Below are positions 27,780 through 44,600 of a stretch of 64,000 nucleotides of DNA, piece after piece. The stretch is from Paramecium tetraurelia. Taxonomy: Eukaryota. The stretch covers positions 377,027 through 441,026 of the forward strand of contig CT868671.1 in NCBI GenBank assembly GCA_000165425.1, in the 5' to 3' direction. The notes under the pieces are model-generated. The model was not told where the DNA came from and did not search any database. It saw nothing but the letters and a program-made list of their open reading frames with translations. Position 1 is the stretch's first letter. Each line of letters opens with the position of its first letter. The position numbers and the translations under genes were made by a program.

Positions 27780-28792
27780 TCATAATCTAAACCAAAATGT
27801 TGTTTTTGGTTGTGATCCTTTCTATGAATTATTTGTGAATGATTTAAATTATTTATTGGCATACTTCCTATCCTAAAATTAATATGCATATTATTGTAAA
27901 GATATTCTATCTAATGATCTACTTGATTATGAATTATTTTTTCTATTATGAGACCATCTTTACTCATAATCTCTTTATGAATTACGCTAAGGATATACTG
28001 TTTAATAATCAAATAATATCTGAGGATTTGATGGTTGCCTCCTTTGAGTATTTGGTTTCCCCAATTTCAAAGTATTTAAGTAGCTATCGAAGTCTTTTCT
28101 TATTTTGGGACTAGAATTTCTAGCATTCAATTTTGTATTAAATAAAGTATTGATTCTCTTTTATAAATTTCTTAATTTGTCTTATTGAGCATCCGCTTTA
28201 TCTTTCAAGAGAAATGAAGTTTTGGGAGGTGATATTTTCTTAGTTTGAATAAAGGTTTCTAGGTAGTTCAATTAATTATATTATTATTTAGGAGGTGAAT
28301 AGTTTTAAGTGAATTGATTAATTTAGAAATCACCTTAAATATTGATATATTTTCTGGGTGAGCTTCCTGATGCATTTGATTTAAATAGTTCTGAAAATTA
28401 TTAAGCTGATTTTTATCCAGAGGAATTGAAAACTTAATCTTCTACTTTTACATAACTTTTTTGGTCTTAAAATTTTTACTAAATTGAAGCCTGCTATACT
28501 TATTCATCAACTTAAATCCAATTCTTCTCAAACTCTTACAAGGTGATTGCACCTGTTTTTGATGCATTCAAATATTCAAACAATTATTAGATCACTCTAT
28601 AATCATACAAATCATATACTCTTCTGATTAAATGCCATGATTTTAAATTAACTCTAATTTGAGATCATCTAATTCAATTTTTTGAGAATCATTCTAATCA
28701 ATATCAACAAAAGCAGCACTTATCTTTGCATACTTTTTTTGTAGATTACCTTTAATAGTTTTCCAAAGGTTTAGCAATTCAATTTAATCCAT
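27780..28792 (-). CDS. EF-hand pair protein with a low-complexity tail
   Basis: ISAAFVDIDQNDSQKIELDDL and LFEYLNASKTGAITLQEFEKNW, then an S/P/Q-rich tail to TGA at 27782-27780. Confidence 0.7.
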
Positions 28793-29077
28793 AATAAAAT
28801 TTTATTTCTATTTTAATTATTCAAGTAAATTAGAAAATTGTTACTGATGAAATTGTATTGAGCTTTTATGATGTTTCATAAGATTAAAACATAAGATTTT
28901 ATTTGAATCTCATTTAATTTTGACAAAAATTACATTTACTATTGATAGCTACATAGAGATCCATTATATGTGTTTCTAACTTTTGATATTGGAAAATCAG
29001 ATTTTAATTATGCTTTTATTTAATTATTATAAGATAAATAAAATTAAATAATTACCATCGTCTTTCTTTATTCAACA

Positions 29078-29989
29078 ATGGAAATTATACCAGTCGAAAC
29101 TAAAAAACGAATTCATGAGTTTTCTTATGCTTAAAAGGTGTCCAATTAAATTTCTCCCGATAAATCTCATATAAAACTTAATGAATCCTTATTTAAAGCT
29201 CAAATACTGGAAAAATAATCTTGCACATTAATCAAGAATATTTAAAAAGACCTCCTTATGAAAATCAAAAAATACGATTCCATATTACAGAAAAACAACC
29301 TCCAAAAAAATATATCAAGCTCATAGCCAACTTCCCCTCCAATTAGGAAAAATAATGAAGAAAATTAAGAACTTACTTAACTGTAATATCAAATTAAACC
29401 AAAAGGTGAAAAACTTTTAACTGAAATTGTTCATAAAACCACTCAAAATGATCTTCGCCGAGACTCCCTTCCTATTAAAAAATTAGATGTTAAATTATCC
29501 TATTTTTCAGAAGAAAAACCTTTATTTTCTTCTTAGGATATATCTCCAATCAAATAAGAACAACACAGTAATACTCTTTACTTAAGAAGAAACACTACTT
29601 AAAATATTGCTACACCCCAATAAAAAAAATCATCAGTCACAGATTTTTTAGGTAGCTACGCTAAGCTTCATACAAGTAAATCAGCTTCCAAAAAGAAGCC
29701 TAATTTAATGGAATGTAAAAACTAAATTTAATGTACAAAAGAAACAAAAGAGATAAAATAAAATGATATTAAAAAGATTTAATCAGGGAACAAAAAACAG
29801 AGTGAAACTACAGATTATACATTCAGACCGAAAAAAAATGAAGTGCCAATAGATAAGTAAAATAGAGCAAGGAAGAATTAAAAATAGAAGTAGAGTATTG
29901 ATCTTTGTGTCAATACAGATTTGAAGGAAATTATTCACATTATTAACGACTTAGATTTATTTAATAATAGATTAAAAAAGAAGTCATGA
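29078..29989 (+). CDS. Hypothetical low-complexity protein
   Basis: Continuous ORF MEIIPVETKKRIHEF..NRLKKKS* under the ciliate code; no recognisable domain. Confidence 0.65.
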
Positions 29990-30071
29990 TGAGAATTAAT
30001 TTTGAATATAGACTATTTATTTATTAAATGACAAATCATTATTTAATTTACTTAAAAGCCTATTATAAATA

Positions 30072-30688
30072 TCATTTATGAAGTAATAATTCTTTTTATT
30101 TGAGTATTGCATATTCTGAAACAATCTATTTCAACCATTTCCAAACCTATTTTAACTGAGGTGGCGCTGGGAATTGCACTTTAGAATGAAAGCTCATAAA
30201 CATTTAAATTAGAGATTCAATGAATTTCAATTCAGAAGATCTCTTTGTACTAATAATTTAATTTTTAAGATTTACAGTTCTAAATTTTGGCATTGACTCT
30301 TTGATATTTCCTATTCTAATTTCAAAATTTCTTTGCGAAATTCAATGTTTTGTTTTTATAATATTCCATTGTTAATTAATTCTTAAAGATGTTTTTCACT
30401 AATTATTTGTAATTCCAGAAGCAACTCCTCTTATTTTTAGTTTTGCTTTTTATTTTCCTAATTCCGCTCTTCTATTTGTTATTGAAAACTAATAAGTAAT
30501 TCCTCTATATTTTAAATTTGTTCTGTCAACTTTTTTAATTGTAAGTCTTATAATTAGCAATTCTGGCATTTAGTGACATGCTTTGATCTGGCAAAAGTAA
30601 CTTTCTTTTGGTGAAAGTTTTCCCCTGTTTAGCTTGCAGTGGGTTGAGAACATACGCTTCCTTCAGGGTCTGCATCTTTATAATTCAT
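30072..30688 (-). CDS. Hypothetical coiled-coil protein
   Basis: MNYKDADPEGSVCSQP.., a Q/E/L-rich helix, and ..PAPPQLKQVWKWLKQIVSEY..*. Confidence 0.7.
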
Positions 30689-30836
30689 GAGCGATCAATT
30701 AATTAAATTTAATAAAGATAAATATATTTATACCATAGAAGTCTAAAAATTATCATTATTATTTTTGAAGTTCACTCAATTGAAACACAAATATTATGCA
30801 TATCAATTAATATAGTAACAAAAAATCAAATATAAT

Positions 30837-31430
30837 TCATTTTAGATGCTAAATCATCTTTAGACATTGCCTCTTTACCCTTGCTTGCATCTTAGATAAA
30901 TTCAAGGATATCAGATTCGCTAATCTGAATATCAAGATATTAACCAAAGACATTTTTAATTTCAGCCAATCCAATTTTACGATCTCTACAATATAAATAG
31001 TTATTTCACTTTTTAACAAATAAATCGAAGATTTCATCCATCTCTTCATCTCTGCCCTTATTCTCAAACCATCTTTTTTAAATTATATGCATCACATCTT
31101 TCAATGAGAAACTATCTCGTTGTCTATGAAAAAATTCAAATAATATAAAGTTATACTCATCGACAACATCATGAATTTCTTCTTCTATGTCCTTAACAGT
31201 TTTATTAATAAAAGCAAAATTGCCTAGGATTGATCTCAAATTTTGTCGATTAATGTAACCTGACTTCTAAGGATCATAAAAGTTGAAGCAATCTCTGATT
31301 TCAGATTCCTAATTTCAAACTTGATTCATACCATATCATCTGGAAGTTTCTAAACTACTTATTATTTTGAACTTTTCGTATTGTTCTTAGGGTTTTACTG
31401 TGGCTATTGCTTTTTTTTCTCGAGTTTCAT
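30837..31430 (-). CDS. Divergent calmodulin/centrin-like EF-hand protein
   Basis: ESEIRDCFNFYDPQKSGYINRQNLRSILGNF..; FDLFVKK..; IQISESDILEFIQDASKG; two tiny introns. Confidence 0.8.
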
Positions 31431-31633
31431 CCTGTTGAACAATTCAAAAAAATTAACAAATTAATAACAATTTAATGTAATTTAAGAAAGGAATTTAAAT
31501 ATTTCAAAAACATTCAGAAGGAATTGAGTGATGTACATATCAATATGGTTTATATTATGAGGAGGTCATTGTTGTTGAATTTTAACTTATAATTTATGAA
31601 TATTAATATTAAAGTAGAAAATTAATTATAGTA

Positions 31634-35045
<3,412 letters not shown>

Positions 35046-35076
35046 TATTAATATTATAATTAATATTATTTATTTC

Positions 35077-36098
35077 ATGCAAAATATTCCATGTATAAAT
35101 TCTTAACTAAATAGAACAAAGTGATTAACCTGAATTTCCTTATAATTGCAGAGGAGAGACCCATTTGATTATGTAATAAGTTACAACTACAAAATCTCAA
35201 AAACTTTAAGTCCTTCATTTAAAGAGAGGAGAGAAGAAAAATTCATTAATGCATTGCTTTCGTTTATTAAAGGCATCAATAGATGACGATAATTTCAATT
35301 TAATTCCAACAGAAAAGCAAATCTAAAGCAAGAAAATTATAAATTTAAAACCATTGAAGAATGTGATTGAAAAAATAGCTTTAATGAGATAATAGGATTA
35401 ACCAAGAAGAAAATCTGCATACGGAGATACATTTGGTTAATTGACAGCAAAATAATAAGCGAATCTACCAACTTAAATTTAATAACATCGTTAAATTGAT
35501 GGTTAAAGATTTGCCCTGTAAAGTTTTGCAGGCATCTTGGAAAGAAAAAAATAATAAAAAACAGCACGAAAGCCCAGTTTACTAAGGAAACTATCTAAAT
35601 AAGATACAATTGTTGGTAGTTATCTTTATTATTTTAGAATATGATAATATGGAGAGACCTCCTTCATGTAAAACTCCTCCAAAATAAATTATTGTTAAAT
35701 CAATTCATAAAACTAAAATGGAAATAGAAAAAGAAAAATATTTCAAAGTTTAAGATTTTAAGATGATTTAATTTTTATCTGGAAAATCTCAATAATTAAA
35801 ACTTTAAATCAATGGCAATAAAGCTCTCGCTCTTAATCTCTAAACAACAACTCAACAATCTTCTTCTATTATAGCCAATCGAAGAATATCAAACTTATTT
35901 CCAAAACTCCCAATCAATAAAATAAGCAGATGCATAACTAATCCTCTTGAAAATAAAATTGATCCTCAATTAAGTAGTAGATCAATGAATAATTAAAATA
36001 CGCCCTATCTCACATAAAATTTAAAACTCACAAAAAAAATTCAAATAGAACTCAAAAATTTATCTCATCCTTTATAACGATTGAGCTATCATTTATGA
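35077..36098 (+). CDS. Hypothetical protein
   Basis: ORF is continuous after removing tiny introns at about 35093-35114 and about 35616-35637; TGA at 36096-36098. Confidence 0.6.
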
Positions 36099-36864
36099 TT
36101 ACATGATGTTAATTATTTACTATAGAGTATTAATTTTTTAAACTAAAATTAACTCACATTCTATAATTCATTATTTTTAGATAAGTTTTTATATTTAAAC
36201 TTTGATAAATATTTAATTAACTCGAATCATTAGAATTACCATCAAAGTTTTATTTTGGGTTATTCTATTTTTTTAATGATTCCTTAAATAATGTTATGTT
36301 ATTCATTTTCATTTCTTCAAAGTTTATAAGAAGTATGACTTCTATTAAAGCAATTTAGCATCATTGGACATAAGGATAGCAATAAAAGAATAAAATAAGG
36401 ACTCTACTAAAGAATCTTATGCTAAACACTTTTATTAAAATCCAAAAGAATCCTCTTCTGTATCTTGAATATAATTAATTGACTTTCTACATAATTTTTC
36501 CATTCTTATGATCCTTATAATTATTGCATATAAAATGAATATTTGATTTCTAGGATTATTGGTATTTCAGCTTCTGAATACAACTATTTAAATTTTATTA
36601 AATTATAAAACTGACCCTAACAGTAAATCAAATGAGAGAGATTAATAATTTCGTATTATATGATTTAGAATTGTGAAATCATGCTTTTAAATACCAATTT
36701 TATTTGGATTAATTCAAATACTAATTAATTAATTAATACAGTAACTTAAGAAATAGTTCAAAGTTATTTTGCATGAAGGACGAGAATTTATGATCAGAAG
36801 TAATCAGATATCATTTAAGACTTTTAATTTATGGATATACATTTAAATTATTAATAAAATAAAT

Positions 36865-37602
36865 ATGATATCAAAAGATAATTATACATGTCCAATTTGT
36901 TTAGGGGTTTTTGTAGATCCTTGCAAATTACAATGTAACCATATTTTTTGCTTATCTTGCCTCCTTGAATTAGTTGATTTCAATTTTATTCAATATAAGT
37001 GTCCAATGTGTAGAATTTAGATTATGAATGATAAAGGTCCTTTTAAAATTGATGAAGAAATTTAACACATAGTTTAAACATGCTTCAAAGAAGAATTTTA
37101 AAAAAGATAATAGGAAATTAAGCTCAATTAAGAGGTAAATCAAAAAGAAATGAAAATTAAAATTAACTATGGAAATGAATATCGTTACTTTGAAGAGGAA
37201 AAATCTAATAAACACTAATGGACACTTTATGTAACTTTAGATTATGTAAGCTAATTTGATTAAACTCCTTTAAATTCTTTGGTATTAATAGAGTTAGTTG
37301 ATAATGTTAAATTTATATTGGACGAAACATTTTATCCAGATGTAATAGTAGTTAGAAATCCCCCATTTCAACTTACTCGCAGAGGATGGGATGTTTTTAG
37401 TATACCAATAGAAATCACTTTTAAACCACAATATAAACTTGATCCTATTAAAATTGAACATCATCTCGTTTTTCAGTAAGGTGGGATTCAGAAATGCTAA
37501 ATTAACAAAATTAATGCAGAAAATATTAAAAACCAATTGGATGCCAAAAAATAAAATCAATAATAAAAAATAGTTTAAACTAAAAAAATCTGGAAGGCAT
37601 GA
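36865..37602 (+). CDS. RING-HC finger + YEATS domain protein
   Basis: CPIC..DPCKLQCNHIFCLSC..CPMCR, then YEATS INYGN..KHQWTLYV..VDNVKFILDETFYPDVIVVRNPPFQLTRRGWDVFSIPIEITF..IEHHLVF. Single open frame. Confidence 0.9.
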
Positions 37603-37701
37603 TGATTTTATTTAATCACTTTAAAATATTATTTTAAAAAGGTTTTAAATTTAATATAAGAATGATCCATTACTATTATCAAAATAATCAATAAACTTTT
37701 T

Positions 37702-38523
37702 TCAAGAAACATTTTTTTTTTATAATTTCTATTTTTATTATTCTTTAAACTCTTTGATTTTTTTATCAAAGATACTTAATTATCTCATTTATTTTTCCTT
37801 TTCCTCTTCATCCTCTTTCTTCTACTAATATTAAAAATTGAAGTTATATATGTAATCTCCAGATAGTTCTGTTGTTTTATGGCTTTTTGCTTTTTCAATA
37901 TTGACTTAGATACCCTTGTCTTCAGTTAATAATTTATGTGAAACTCTTGATTTTTGTGAACTGATATTTTTGTTTTTATTTTTCTTGGTTGTAATTTAAA
38001 TTTGATCATTGGATATGTTACTCTTGAAACAGCTTAAATCAGCTTTTTAAGCATCTTGACTACGAGTTGAATATTGGGCAGGTACATTTAATATAGATTT
38101 TTCTTTTAAATGTTCTTTGATGGCTGGTAAGGATAAAGGTTTTTTATCCACGTGAATGCCCTAGATTAGTGATTTATTCTGAGCCAATAAATGTTAGTAA
38201 GACTCAAATATTCCTTATTTCTTCTTAAACCCTTTTGTCTTATATTCATTCAGATATCTTGGAATATAGATGTCCTTCTATTTTACGATATATTCAGGTC
38301 TTTCAACTGAATCAATGGTTTAGATTAAAGGATTATAGATTTGTAAAGGAGGTAATTTTTTAGTTATGTAATAAGTTGGTTTATCATTTTGTATTAATGC
38401 ATCTTAGTGTAGGGGACTATTAAATTATCGATTGTTTGGGAGATGACTTTAGCTCTCATACCTCATGATGTCCTTTCCTCTCCTAGTAGGTTAAGGTTCT
38501 CTATTCTCAAGAAATTTAAGCAT
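37702..38523 (-). CDS. Hypothetical protein
   Basis: Intronless ORF MLKFLENREPQPTRRGKD..KKNVS*; K/Q-rich; no domain recognised. Confidence 0.65.
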
Positions 38524-38674
38524 TTTTTTATTATAAATTATGAAATTGTACACTGAAAATTTAAAGGAGCCAGTGAGATCGGGTTAAAAAGTAGAAGAGA
38601 CAGTTTTTCAATATTATATAGAGATTATCTGTTTCATTCAAAGTATATTATTAATTATAATATTAATTAATTGA

Positions 38675-41600
38675 ATGAGTTAAAAGAGATTGCCTTCGGT
38701 ATTTGAAATATTTATACAAAGGGCAAATAAGATAGACACATTTAAGCAATAAAGAAGTATCAGGAATATGAAAACAGTAAGACGAGTTAGGCTAAACTGA
38801 ATGACATGATCAAGGTGAAATGAAATTTAATTATTAGGGGACTAAAACAATTTAATTATTGCCAAAGCCAGGGGAGTTTGTGACAGTTGCTTCAGACAAG
38901 TAATCGAATTAATAGCCATACATGGATATCCCAATTAAGGATTTATTAGATGGCACTAAAACGTTTACAGAATTGAAACTGCAAAGCATAGAAAGACAAG
39001 CTTAGAGATAGATGAAGAAACCTAGGGAGAAGGATAGATTTGATGAAGGAGTTTTGAGAAGAGATGATTTAAAACCGCCACAAAGTGAATTGGATGAAGT
39101 ATTGATATATGTATTAAAATTAAGTTTGGAGTGGAGCGAGGAGTCTAACCAAAATTTACCTAAAACATCAGAGAAATAATGAAAAATTAGCACAAAGAGA
39201 TGTTGGCTCCTTCTGAATAATTGATTAAAGATCTATAAGAGAAAAGATTGCCTTAGATTTAACATTCCCATTCTCAAAAGATTGTTCGTCCGATTTCAGC
39301 CAATTTTGTTATTAAGGCCTTGAATATTGGAGATGAAAAGTTGGAGAACTCTAAAGGGATACAATAACAGTTGTTTTAGACTAAGAGAAGTTAATTATAA
39401 TCTGCAAAGCCTAGAAATTTGTATGTGCCCCATTTCCCAGAAGAAATTAAACACTTGACAGGATATCAAACTATTAAATTAAAAGCAGATGACTTTATAT
39501 AAACATACACAGAGGAGTATTTGAAGGAAAAGGAGGAAAAAATGTTGAAGAAACACTTTCAAGTTTCTGCTGTTGATCCAAGATTACAATCCCCTTATAT
39601 GAGAGTATTAATATTAATTATAATAGGTCAATCCTAATACAGGGTAGATCATTAGAGAAAAGTAGGATGAATTGGGGGAGTTAGAATTAACAAAACATAG
39701 GGAAAGACTATTTATGGCATAGCCTTTTGAGATGAAACAAATCTTTTTACCTTTAGATTACTATTATATGGAGGACGAGTCAGGTGATGATTTAATCGAA
39801 TAGTATAAGGAGAAAGAAGGAAAGTGCTTTGGATTTTCAAAGTGGTTCGATACAAGTGGAAACTTCACTTGGGAGGAATGCTTAGTTGAAAAGTATATTT
39901 ATGATGCTGACATGTATGAGATAAGGTTTCTAAAATACAATAAGACTAAATAAGTAACTAGAGTGAATCTTAGATTTAAAAGAGAGAGTGAAGCTTATTT
40001 CAAACAACAATTAGAAATAGCAGATTACTATAGAAAAAGAAGTGAAGTGTTTATTAAGTATAATTACATGATAGATAAAATGGATGATCCAACATCATCG
40101 ATCTAGGAAGATTAATTAATGAGAATACAGCTATTTTCAATGGGAATCTACTTTAAATTGGGATCTGTCAGAGATCCTATTGCATTTTATAAATTGGACC
40201 CATCCATTAAGTTTAATTTCAAAAGATATCTGATTCCAAAATAATTAAGTAGAATCGATTAAGGTCCAAAAGAATTGTGTAAGTTGAAGAAATATAGATA
40301 TGATTTATTGGTTGAACTCTCAGAAGAGGTTAAGAAGTAATTTATCAGAGCCAATCATGAAATTTAATTTAAAAGGATGTTGCCCTATCATGAAGAGAAG
40401 AAAGCCATCTTTAAAGGATATTTGCCAGAAGAATTATTTGAACCAAAACATGTAGAACCCAGATTTCCAGTATACGGCATTGGGTAGCAAAAGTTTATTG
40501 AATTGTTTACCTACATGAAGAAGAATCTCCATTAAGCTATTTAAGAGAAAAACAAGGCTTTATAAGATGCCAACATAAATTTGATTAAGTTGGAAGAATA
40601 ACATCTATTTTGTCAAAACTATCTAGAACCTTAAGATCTTCATGAATTGGACAAGGATATGAAATTTAAGATTGCAGATGCCATTAGGGATTTGAAGACT
40701 AGAATGTATGATGTGCATTATTTAATTATGGAAATGATTGAGGTTGAAGTTAAACAATTGAAGGTTATAGAAGAGGAAAGACTTAGATTGATTGTTCTTG
40801 AAGCTGAGAGACTCAAAATTCAAGAACAAGGTTTAATGAGTGAGACACTTAAACTATTACAACAATTTCAAAAGTTGATTAACATCAAGTTTGAACGATC
40901 TGGATTGGAAATGTGGTAAAGGAGCATAGCAAGATTTATCTCATATCTCAAAATTGATGTGGATCCAAATCTACCACCTTTGCAATAAATCTATCAATAT
41001 GCAAAGGATAGAGAATATCGAGTCTTTAATGATAATCTACTTATCAATATAGAGATCAAAGTATAAGGACTTTAATTGGTTCTCGAACCTAATCCTGAAG
41101 AAATTAAGAGATCCTTAAATAATTACGTTTGGTTAGCGATCAAAGAATTGACTACTGTTCCTTGTATGAGAAGTAGAGAAATAGAATCTGCAAGAGAAGA
41201 TATGATCATGCATATCTTTACAGGCATTGATGATGTTGAGATACTTAATAATAAATAACTTGTTCAATAATATTTAGATTAAAACTTTACTCTCTTTAAT
41301 GTATATTTTGAGAAATTAAATGAATTTGAATCTATATTGGATTATGATATTGAGAAGAGATTAAAGAAGGGATCATTTGAAGAATATGCTAAGGAACTAG
41401 ATAAGTTAATAATGATTAGAGAGGATATGTAAAAGTATATGTTTAAGAAAAAATTGAAATTAGGATTTTATTATTTGAATGTAGAACAATATCAATAACT
41501 ATGTGAGGATAGGTTGAGGAAAGCTTCGGATAGTTTGTACGAAAATTTAATTTAAAAGATTACTAAGGAGAACTTAAAGATTGAAGGTGAGATTAAGTAG

Positions 41601-44600
41601 ATGATATAGAAACTAACAGAAGAACCTAAAAATCTTGAGGAGATGGATGCTTTGAGGACCTATGCCAAAGACCAATTGAAAGAAGAATTGGTGATATTGA
41701 GTAAGAAAATAAATAAAGTAATGGAGAAGATGACTCTGATGGAGAAGATGAATTATAAGATAAGTTATTAGAATTTTGAAAAGACTTGGAATATTTATGG
41801 GATGCCATTGAAATTGATGAGGAAACAGGAAAAATGTTTGAAAAGGCTATAGAACAATGAAAAGAAATTCTAAGAAGATTTGATGACACAGTAGGGAGAG
41901 TTGATTGGAGAAATAAATTACATTAGCAAGGAATTGAATGAATTAATCAACGAAGAAGATATTAATTAGATAAACCAGATTGCTAATAGATTTGCTGATT
42001 TGGGGGAGAAGATGGAAAGGGCAATAGAAGAGGCAGAGATAATTAATAGAAGAGAGGCCATATTGAAGTGGAAATTGACCGATTATTAAGAAGTCGATAA
42101 GATCAAGAAACTATTCACTCCTTATTATAAGGTATGGGCCTTGGGTAGAGATTATTACTTCAAAATTCCCCCTGCCTTGAGTGGACCATTAAATAACATA
42201 GACAGAGATTAATTAACTTAGGATGTAACAGAAGCCTGGACTGAGTTATTTAAGTTGGAGAAAACGACATTTAAAATAATCCCTCATATGTATTAGGTTA
42301 CTATGGCTATTAGAAAACTGTATGAAGATTTCAAACCTTATTTACCGTTAATCAATGATTTAAGAAATCCAGCTTTGAAGAAGCAGCATTGGATTAGTTT
42401 AACAGCATTATTAAAATTGGATGATGATCCTAACTTCTCATTAAATACTCTATTGGAGAAGGGAGTGATGGACTTGAAGGAGGAAATAAGGGAAATAAGT
42501 GAAACTGCATCTAAGTAGAGTTCATTTGAAAGATCAATCAATAAGATGAAGAGTGAATGGAAGAATATCAAGTTTGAGTTAATTCAGTTTAGAGATACTG
42601 ACACACACATCTTGAAAAGTGTTGAGCCTATTTTAGACAAATTAGACGAAGATATAACCAAGATGATGAGTATAGCAAGTTCTCCATTTGTGGCATTTTT
42701 ATTACAGGAAGTTAATTCTTGGAAGGCATAATTATTTAGAGCGCAAGAGATGATTGAATTATGGTGTAAAACACAAAAGTCATGGTAGTACTTATAACCA
42801 ATCTTTTATTCTGAAGATATTATTAGAGAAATGCCTAAAGAGGGTAATAAGTATTCAGTGGTTGATAAAATGTGGAGAGCATTAATGTTGGCTACATTCC
42901 AATAGCCCTTAGTGATGGAAGCATGTTTCCAGAATAGAATGAAGGAGAACTTTGTATTTATGATCGAACAGTTGGATTAAGTTATTAAAAGCTTGAATGA
43001 TTTTTTGAATAAGAAGAGAACAGCATTTCCAAGGTTCTTCTTCTTGTCTAACGAGGAACTTCTATAGATATTAGCTTAGGCAAGAGAACCAAGAGCTGTG
43101 CAAAGACATTTATAGAAATGTTTTGAGGGGATAAATGAAATTACATTTTAGGATAATATGTTGATAACTCATATGATTAGTAGTACTTAGGAAATAATAA
43201 AGTTGATTACTGATGTAAATCCATTAAATACAGAACAAGCAGTAAGAGGAGTTGAGGATTGGTTATATGAAGTTTAATAGTCTATGAAATTAACAATTAA
43301 AACTTTGATTCCTTAGGGTGTTCAAATAGTTTCGGCAAATACATTAGATAAATCCATAGTCTAGATTCCTGCTTAATTGTGTGTATTGGCTCATGAGATC
43401 ATATTTACTAATATGGTTACTTAATTTATTTCTGATTACGAGAAGGATGCCACTTCTATTGACAAATGCATTCAGTAAGCTAACAAAGTATTGATGAGTA
43501 CAGTTTAATTATTGCATCATGAAATAGCAAATGAAAATCATTTACAAGCATTAGGTGTGCTGATAGTTTTATAAGTTAAATAAAAGGATATCACATAGGA
43601 ATTAAAAAGCAAGAATGTGAGAAGAGTGGATGATTTTGAGTGGATGTCATAAATGAGATATTACTTAGAGAAAGATGTAATTGTCAAAATGCTTCATACC
43701 TAAAGAGTTTATGGTTATGAATATTTGGGTAATCAATCAAGGTTGGTTATCACACCATTGACTGATAGATGCTATAGAACATTGATGGCAGCATTGCATA
43801 TGAACTTAGGTGGTGCTCCTGAAGGTCCAGCAGGTACAGGAAAGACTGAAACCACAAAAGATTTAGCTAAAGCAATGGCCAAACATTGTGTGGTGTTCAA
43901 TTGTTCAGATTCATTAGATTATTTAGCTATGGGTAAGTTCTTTAAGGGATTGGTGAGTTGTGGTTCATGGGCATGTTTTGATGAGTTCAATAGAATAGAA
44001 TTAGAAGTCCTTTCAGTTATAGCTCAATAAATACTGGTGATTTAGACAGCAATAGTCAGGGATAATTCGTAGAGGGTTCCTTCTAGAGTGTTCTAATTTG
44101 AAGGGTAGTAATTGACATTGGATTCAACCTGTGCTATTTTTATTACTATGAATCCTGGATATCAAGGAAGAAGTGAATTACCAGATAACTTAAAAGCCTT
44201 ATTCAGAAGTGTTGCTATGATGATTCCAAATTATGCTATGATTACAGAAATCTCTTTGTATTCCTATGGGTTCACAGAAGCCAGGGAGTTAAGTATTAAA
44301 ATTACAACATCTTTGAAATTGGCCTCTGAATAATTATCTACTCAGTCTCATTATGATTTCGGTATGAGAGCAGTTAAGTCAATTATTTTGGCTGCAGGTA
44401 GGTTAAAGAGAGAAACAAACACCAGCGATGAAATCATAGTATTGAGAGCTATTGAGGATTGTAATTTGCCAAAATTCACTTAAAAAGATGTTCCATTATT
44501 CAAAGCAATCATCTCAGATTTATTCCCAGGTGTTGAGCCAGAGGAGAGAGAATACGGGGAATTGGGTAAATTGATTATGCAATAAATTGAATCCATGAGT

